Assembly (NCBI GenBank): GCA_964016885.1
Contig: OZ024742.1
Location: 127,038,001-127,102,000 of the forward strand
DNA from: Eledone cirrhosa
Lineage: Eukaryota
Direction: 5' to 3'
Length of the DNA stretch: 64,000 nucleotides
Of the stretch, positions 55,887 to 64,000 are shown piece after piece. The notes under the pieces were generated by a model that saw only the letters and a list, made by a program, of their open reading frames with translations, was not told the DNA's origin and made no database searches. Numbering within the stretch: position 1 is the first letter of the stretch; every line of letters starts with the position of its first letter. The position numbers and the translations under genes are program-made.

Positions 55887-57847
55887 TCTTTATATATATA
55901 AAAGCAAGGATGTGTGTGTGTCTGTGTACAACTTTGGATACCTAAGGCTTTTACAATTACCAACCGAATTTGACCAAATTTTCTGTGCAGGTTGCACAGG
56001 TCGTTAAGATGGTCACATCACAAAACAATTTCCAATCGACCCACGTTGAGCAATAAAAAATCGATATCAAAATTATCGGTAGCAAAATTGATGTAAGGGA
56101 GGTAACCAACTTTATTGACAATCCTTATAAAAAAAGGGAGATAACCAACTTTATTGACAATCCTTATAAAGAGAGTGAGATATGGAGACCTTCGTTTTCA
56201 ATTTTAAAACAACAATCATCGTCGGACGAAATTTCAGAAATATAAACATCAGATTCATTTGAAGATAAATCACTAATATTATCGTTTGTTTCTTGTTTAT
56301 TCTTTGTTGCACTTTTAAAGTTTAAAAAACACTTGTTGTTTTAACTTGTTTCACTATATTAAGTGTTCATTTTCGCGTTAAGGGCCTAATCTCGCAGCAG
56401 TCTCGAATTGACGAGATTTTGATGATGGTTTGTTTATTTTTAGAACAATCGTTATGAGACTTTCCATTCAAACCATTGGGACCTACAACTTTTACATTTT
56501 TAAAACTTTGATAAGCCATGTTGATACAAAAAAAAATGTGTTGCACTTTCAAAGTTTAAAAAACACTTGTTGTTTTAACTTGTTTCACTATATTAAGTGT
56601 TAATTTTCGCGGGAAGGGCCTAATCTCGCAGCAGTCTCGAATTGACGAGATTTTGATGATGGTTTGTTTATTTTTAGAACAATCTTTATTTCCATTCAAA
56701 CCATTGGGACCTACAGCTTTTACATTTTTAAAGTAATTTCGTCCACATTTAAGGCAGGTATTAGCTATGCTTCCAGCTGTATTCGTACACATCAAACTTT
56801 TTTGACAATGAAGGAACATACTGAACAGGATTCTTCCTGCATGTCCACGGATATATAAATCTATTGATACTGTATGTGATCCACAGGATGCGGTCAACTA
56901 TCCAGTTGAATTTCTAAATTCTTTAAATCCTCTTGGTTTACCTCCTAATACATTGGTTCTGAAAGAGGGAACGCCAGTTATTTTGCTGAGAAATATCACT
57001 CCTCCAAAACTATGCAATGGTACACGCTTTGTGGTTAAAAAACTGTCTCCACTTAGTATTGATGCTACCATTCTATCCGGATGTGGAAAAGGCGAGGATG
57101 TGATAATAACAAAAATTAGCCTGACTACGTCAGGCGTGAATACTCCCTTCTCCTTTCGCCGAACCCAATTTCCCCTTCGTGTTGCCTTTGCGATGTCCAT
57201 AAACAAGTCGCAAGGTCAAACTCTGTCCGCCACTGGAATTCACTTGGATGAACCTTGCTTTTCGTACGGACAATTCTACGTTGCCTGCTCACGAGTTGGC
57301 TGTCGAGATAATCTCTTTGCGTTTGTTCCGAAAAGAAAAACAAAGAATATCGTCTATCCTGAAGTGCTTTAGTGTTAACAAAAAAACTTATTACAGCTCT
57401 GCCTTGACTTCACCTTACTCATTACAAAACATACCAATGAATATGTCATGCAGGATATTTTGGATTATAAGTTCAAAATTTAACCATCAATTTAACCACC
57501 TCAAAGAATAGATTTTCTCTTATTCAACTCTCATTGTTTTTTTGTTTGTATACAACTCTGCTTTCATTACAACTTTTTGTACTTTAGCAAAACTGCCTGT
57601 TTTTTTACAGATTTGCAACGTGTATTGTCTTTAATCATTTGTATAACTACATCCTGTTCAGTGTTTTCCTTCATTATCAACATAGTTTTATGTGTACAAA
57701 GATTGCACTAAATATTCGTTTGCATTAATTATTGAAGACTTCTGCTTATTTTGACAGGTTGGGGACAAATAATGTTCTTCTTTTACTTCCTAGCTGTATA
57801 TTCTTAGCATAATTTCAAACCCGAGCAACGCCGGGTAAATCTGCTAG
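55887..57847 (+). mobile_element. Non-autonomous Helitron
   Basis: A|TC 5' end, 3' hairpin CCCGAGCAACGCCGGG + CTAG|T, internal helicase remnant, internal tandem duplication of about 235 bp. Confidence 0.93.
56850..57372 (+). pseudogene. PIF1-family helicase C-terminal fragment (Helitron RepHel)
   Basis: YPVEFLNSL..GLPP..L.LKEGTPVILLRNI.PPKLCNGTR, QFPLRVAFAMSINKSQGQTL, GQFYVACSRV. Confidence 0.92.
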
Positions 57848-59519
57848 TTAAGAAATAAAAATATTTATACGTTCTCTGATAATACTAATTTACGAAAATT
57901 ATTGTGCTCACTACATTACGTATTTAAGCACTGACTTATCTATGTGTTTTTCGTGCAGAAGGCATCCAGGATAAATTCATTCTCCCTGTCATTTTTCTAC
58001 AACAACCAGTCAAAGAAAGCTACAAATGACATAGCTGCTGCTGTTACTACTACTACTACTACCACCACCACCACCACCACCACCACTACTACTACTACTT
58101 GTCTATTTCCTCCTTTTCCTACTACGCCTTTTCGTCCTTAAAAATAAAAACAAAATTAAAATTTCACTTTCCGCTCTAACACAGCGGATATGTAAATGTA
58201 TTCGTGGGTTTTATACGTATCTGCTATGTTAGAGCGAAAAACCAAATTTTAATTTTTTTTTTAATTTTCGGCAAAGCCAGCAATAAAATATCTTGGTATG
58301 CAAATTAGGCTAATCAGTTGATGTATACATTAGAGAATACTGTATATTCTCAAGAGTGCTAGTGAGTGACAGTGGAGAAATACAATCTTGACAAAGGGCA
58401 ATAACCCAGTAATAATATTTGTTTCTCCTTTTAGCACAAGGCCAGCAATTACACCAGTGCATTACTGGTACTTTATTTTATCTACCCCGCAAGGATTAAA
58501 GGCAAAGTTAACCCAGAAACAATATTATTGGTTGTTCCTCTCTGCTAGAGCAAAAGGATTCGATGGTCATCTAAAAAGCATAACGTAATGAGGCTGTTTG
58601 CAAATGAATCGAATATTATTATTATTTCATATAAAACCCACGAATAATAATAATAATAATATTTTCTTTCTAATTTTTCAATGTTTTCAATTATATTTTA
58701 TCTTGATTACTTGCTCTATCAGCTTTCTTTGCTTCTATCGTTCCTTAAATCATCTATTTATCTATTTACCTATTTATGTATCTATCTATTTATTTATTTA
58801 TTTATTTATTATTTATCTATTTATTTATTCATATATGTTTGTTTATTTATTTATATGTTTCTACTCTTTCTCTGTTCTTCTTCTATTAGTTCTTTTACTT
58901 TCATTCATCATTTTTATTTCTCTATGTTTTATTGTGTCTGCTTTTCTTTATCTTTCCTTTACTTCTGAATTCTCTTTCTTTTTCTTTTCCTTTCTTTCTG
59001 TCTGTTGTACTCTCTTTCCTTTCTTTATCTTTCTTTTCTTTCATTTCTCTTTCTTATCATTCTTTTTATATTTTTTTCTGTTTTCACTGCTTTTCTTTTC
59101 TTATTTCACTTCCCTATTTTTTTTCATTTGTATTTTTAAATGTCGTTCATTATCCCATCACATCTTTCTAACAGCACCTTCCGTTCTCAACATACAGACG
59201 CTTGACGCCATCTTAACACAGATAATACACTAATGACGTTTCTTAATTTTAAAACATGGCGAACTGTACACACAGTCAATCAAAGTGTAGTGATGAATGA
59301 CAGTTTAGGAGATTGTCTGTTTCATAAAAGAAAGGACTTTATTACGTTTCCCATGCTAAGCTAAAAAAATAGATGTTATTTGAAAAAGCTATCATATCGA
59401 ACACGCGTCTATTTTCAGAATTGTGGATTTTAAACTTTTATTCTTTTGCAGCTTTCAGTTACTCGTTAGTGGCTATGCGTGGATACCACTAAAGAAAAGA
59501 GTCTGAAACGAACACAAAC

Positions 59520-60210
59520 AATGGTTTCTACTTTAGGCACAATGCCAACAATTTGAAGGGGAGAGGAAATCGATTAAATCGATACCAGTGCGTTACTGGA
59601 ACTTTAATTTGTTGACACTGTCAGGATGAAAGCCAAAGCTAACCTCGGCGGGATTTGAACTCATGACAAAGGGACATTACTAAATGCCCCAAAGCTTGTT
59701 GTCTGACATTCTAACGACCCTGCCAATCCACCGCCCTAGCAATAATAATAATAATAATGGTATCTGATTTAGGCACAAGGCCAGCAATTTGGATAGAAGG
59801 GAAAGTCGATTAAATCGACCTCAGGGCGTTACTGGTGCTTTATTTTATCGACCCTGTAAGGATGAGATGCAAAGCTCACCTCAGCGTTATTTGAACTCAG
59901 AATGTAAAGGGACGTAACTATATGCCGCAAAGCATGTTGTTCGATGCTCTAACGACCCTGACAACCCACTGCCCTGATATGTACACAAATAATGGTTTCT
60001 AATTCAGGCACAAGACCAGCAATTTTGAGGGGAGGGAAAAGTCGATTATATCAACTCCAATAATTGAAAGGTACTTTATTTTATCGACACCGGAAGGATT
60101 AATGGAAAAGTTGATCTCGACGGGATTTGAACTTAGAATATAAAAAGCCATAAATAAATGCCGCAAAGTATTGTCTGGTGCTCTAATGATTCCACTAATC
60201 CACCGCCCTG
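59520..60210 (-). mobile_element. Three head-to-tail major-family SINEs
   Basis: Copies at 59520-59737, 59757-59975 and 59992-60210; another at 60685-60900. Confidence 0.9.
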
Positions 60211-61932
60211 ATATGTAGGCAAATAATTAAATCCTGGTCTGTCTTCATTACATAGCTTCATAGTTCTAACAAGAGAAAAATGTGGGAGACTAATGAACTA
60301 GCTTAACAAATACCCAATGCCCTAACGCCATATCAACTAACTAATTAAATGTATAAATGACCACAATTCATCGTAGGTTCTCAACTCACAATATGACCTA
60401 TATGAAGCTCTACTATATTCATATTCTCCCTCATGTATATTGCTCAACTTTACCTTTCATCCAATCGATGTCAATAAAAAGTACCAATCTAGTACTAGAT
60501 CGATATTCCTCTATATCTCTTTCTCACTCTTCTTTGGAAGAAACCTGTTGCATTCAGACCTAGAGAAGAGATGAACTCTGTCAGGTTGAAAAAATGCCCT
60601 AAGAAATGCTGATGTCAATATGGTGTTCCTACGACTCCCTCGGGAGTTACAAATCCATATCATACAATATTGTGGTTAAAAAATCATTGTTTCAAATTTA
60701 GGCACAGGGCAAACAACTTTGAGGGAGGAGAAAGTCGATTAAATCGACCTCAGTGTTTTACTGGTACTTTATTTTATCAATCCCGTAAGGATGAAAGACA
60801 AAGCTAATATCGGTGGGATTTGAGCTCAGAACGTAAGGGGTCGTAACTATATGCCACAAAGCATTTTGTCCGAAGCTCTACCAATTCTGCTTATTCACTG
60901 TTGATGAGAAGTAATATCTGCAGTAACAAAAATTAGCTACAATAACAGCAACAATAACTTTTAGGGTTAGGGTTAGTCGCTAATTTCAGCAAGAATATCA
61001 ACATGTAAGTAAACGAGATAATGAGTGTCATTATAATAACTCAACCTACTAGAAATATCTTCTGAATGTCCTTTAATCTTATACCTTAGTGTTTTAGGAT
61101 GAAAGGACATATATAATTTAACCATAGATACACTGCCAGAATAATACAGGAGATATTAATGATTGGAACACCTTTGGTATTAAATATTCTCAATCAGAGC
61201 TAACCTAGGGCTCGGCAACTACACTGAATGTGGTTCTATTTATATACTACTAAAACTCTGTGATTGTGTGATTGACTGTAATTTAATGCCACCAAAACGG
61301 CGCATAATGGGAAAATACTTTGAAAGAGAGTTGCCCCTGAAATGAAAATACAAATGGAATAAAACAAGATTCGCGTAAATCGGAGCACGTGTTCACGAGA
61401 AAGGTCATTATTGAAAATCTCTGGATTTCGCAAAATACATATATTTTATTGGTGAAGGTAAGATATTTTTTCTACTCCCGATCAAGATCGAACTTCAGAC
61501 TAGGATCACCACAGTCTATGATTCCTCCAAGTAGGCCACCGAGACAGCTACAGAAGTATAATGAAAATTGATAATTATAAACCTGTTGTTCATGGCTTTT
61601 ATAGAGCTATTAGTAGTAATATTTAGGGTCGACTTGTCAATCTTCTGGCCCTTTAGTAAGAACCTTATTAATCCTATGTGTGTTTAACTGTTGAATTAAT
61701 TTAATTTGATTTGTTTAGCAAACAAATTATATATATATATATAATAAAATTACCCCCCTTTGTACACAAACATAAGCATATAACTTTGTAACACCGAGAT
61801 ATGAATTTTGATGTTAAAATCGTATTCATACCCATTCTGGGTTCTTAATTAAACCCAACTTGGGCGTAACATGTGTAAGAGCTCCTTATAAATATATTTT
61901 AACGGTCTGCTTCTCTTTCTTCAATTTCTTCG

Positions 61933-61990
<58 letters not shown>

Positions 61991-62344
61991 GCCAATCATT
62001 GTATGTTTGAATATGACATGCAAGAACATATATATATATATATGAATAAAGTAAGCACAAATCATAGTAGATTTAAATATCACAGAGAGAAAGAGAGTGT
62101 GTGTGTGTGTGTGTGGGGGGGGGGGGGTGCAACAGAAATGAAACATGGATTACAGGTTAAAATATAGTCGAAATAGATGTGAAACAAAACGAGGATGTAG
62201 TTTATGGAACACATAAATGATTTAGGAGTCGACCTTAAGTAGGAGTAATAATATAAAAAAATACATAAATGACACCACAACACATTGTTTTGAAAATTTT
62301 GAAAGTAGGTTTATAAGTATGAATTTTCATATGATTGCTGTAGT

Positions 62345-62418
62345 TGTCTCTGTGGCCTAGCGGTAGGTACTAGAGACGGTGGAGATCCTGGCCTTGGGTT
62401 CAATTCTGTTTGAGAAGT
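62345..62418 (+). pseudogene. tRNA-like (A/B box) sequence, homologs at 61470-61550 (-) and 62485-62560 (-)
   Basis: TGGCCTAGCGGTAG...GGTTCAATTC; does not fold as a complete cloverleaf. Confidence 0.45.
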
Positions 62419-63344
62419 ACATGGAACCTTTCAGTTTTTATTTTACAACCAATAGAAAAAAAATGAAAATGTTTACAGGAAACCCTACTCTCGACTAGGA
62501 TCGAACTTCAGACGAGGATCACCACCGTTTGATTCCGCCAAGTAGGCCATCGAGACAGCAACGGAAGTATAATGAAAATTGATAATTATAAACCTACTTT
62601 CAAAATCAAAGTTAAAAAGATGTTGTGTTGTTCATGGCTTTCCTAGAACTATTAGTAATATTTAGGGTCGACTTCTGGTCATTATATTTTATATAATATA
62701 TTATATAATATACATAATATTTTTTATTGGAGAAGGTAAGATATTTTTCCTCAAAATTTTGATTGCACTGTTTTGTTTCCACTTATGTATTTTTCGAAAA
62801 TGTTATTTATTCATTATAAAAATTAAATGAGAGCATTCTATATGTAGGTGGGCCCCCTTCATATCCTAGCAACCAATATTTTTAGACCCAGTCCTCCACT
62901 GGTCCTGAGGTACAATGGCTGAATAAAACACAGGATGAACATGCAAACACCTTTGAACATTCGATTATGGTTTTAACAACAATGACACCACTAAAAATCT
63001 CAATTCCAGGAAAACCGATATACTTTCATACTAGCAAGCAGCCTGAATCCATCTCAATGTATAACACCCACACCTGGTTCTTGAATAATGTTAGTCGAGT
63101 CCAAACTATTCCAAGTCTTTGAACCAGGTCGCTTTTACTCCCAACAGTCACAGGGGCGCTAAAATGATCATTGGCTGTGTACGTTCTCCTCTGACTTCGT
63201 GCTAAAATAAAGGTAAAGAACCCTTAACGCCCTATGAAATCTTATGAGCTCCGTACTGACTCACGGGGTGTTTTATGCACATTAAACGTGGTAGAACCCA
63301 ATCCTCTCCAGATTAGAATACAGCCGAGTTCTTCAAGAGAGAGA

Positions 63345-63421
<77 letters not shown>

Positions 63422-63494
63422 GGAGGGGAGAGACGGGGCGGGGGGGAGGGCAGAGGAGGGGAAGAAAGGAAGAGAGAGGGAGGTGGAGAGAAAT

Positions 63495-63842
63495 GAAGTC
63501 GAATCAACGCAGTACTGGTTCTGTATTTTTCGACCTGGAAAGGATGAAAGGCAAAGTTAACCTCGTCGGGATTTGAACTCAGAATGGCAAGGGCCGTAAC
63601 TCTATGCGTCAAAGCATGGCGTCCGACCCTCTACCGATACTGCCAATCCACAAATAATTGTTTCTACTTTAGGCACAAGGCCACCAATTACCCAGTGTAT
63701 TACTGGTACTTTATTTTATCGACCCCGTAAGGATGAAAGGCAAAGTTAACCTCAGCGGGATTTGAACTCAGATCATAAAGGGACGTAACTCTATGCTTCA
63801 AGGCATGGCGTCCGACCCTCTACCGATACTGCCAATCCACAA
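63495..63842 (-). mobile_element. Tandem pair of young major-family SINEs
   Basis: Close to the window consensus. Confidence 0.92.
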
Positions 63843-64000
63843 ATAATATAAGATAATAGCAGGAAGAAAATACTATATTTCCATAACGAACAAAAACAAA
63901 TGTTAACGTAAGCAATATAAACAGCCAACACATCAACAATAATAACAACAACAATAAGTGTAAGACAGAGAGAACGAGCTGCCCAACATCAAGTCTGATC

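Noticed and set aside
58598-59233. 211-aa hydrophobic membrane-protein-like ORF
   Set aside because: T-rich low-complexity sequence, TTG start, no recognisable domain.
60960-60977. Telomeric TTAGGG repeat
   Set aside because: Fewer than three full units and no associated element end.

Overview
AT-rich, microsatellite-dense animal DNA. The SINE content suggests a cephalopod, probably octopus (inference). I found no convincing host protein-coding gene, and nearly all ORF-track entries are microsatellite translations. Recognisable contents are a near full-length Penelope-like element (PLE; RT + C-terminal GIY-YIG, 52459-55830), three Tx1/L1-clade LINE copies at (TATC)n-like sites, a Vingi/Ingi-type LINE, RTE and CRE fragments, a non-autonomous Helitron, MITEs, about 30 tRNA-derived SINE copies and several minisatellites. 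The most interesting layer is about ten different short sequence families wedged into (TA)n tracts. They carry minimal type I hammerhead ribozyme (HHR) motifs or their 3' halves, several with non-canonical cores. They usually form fold-backs whose 5' break lies in or near the ribozyme. Several share a downstream ACTC...TATTGAGT(A/G)C hairpin, and one copy shows a strand-specific A-to-G burst resembling ADAR hyper-editing fixed by retrotransposition. All alignments and folds were done by eye, so coordinates are approximate.
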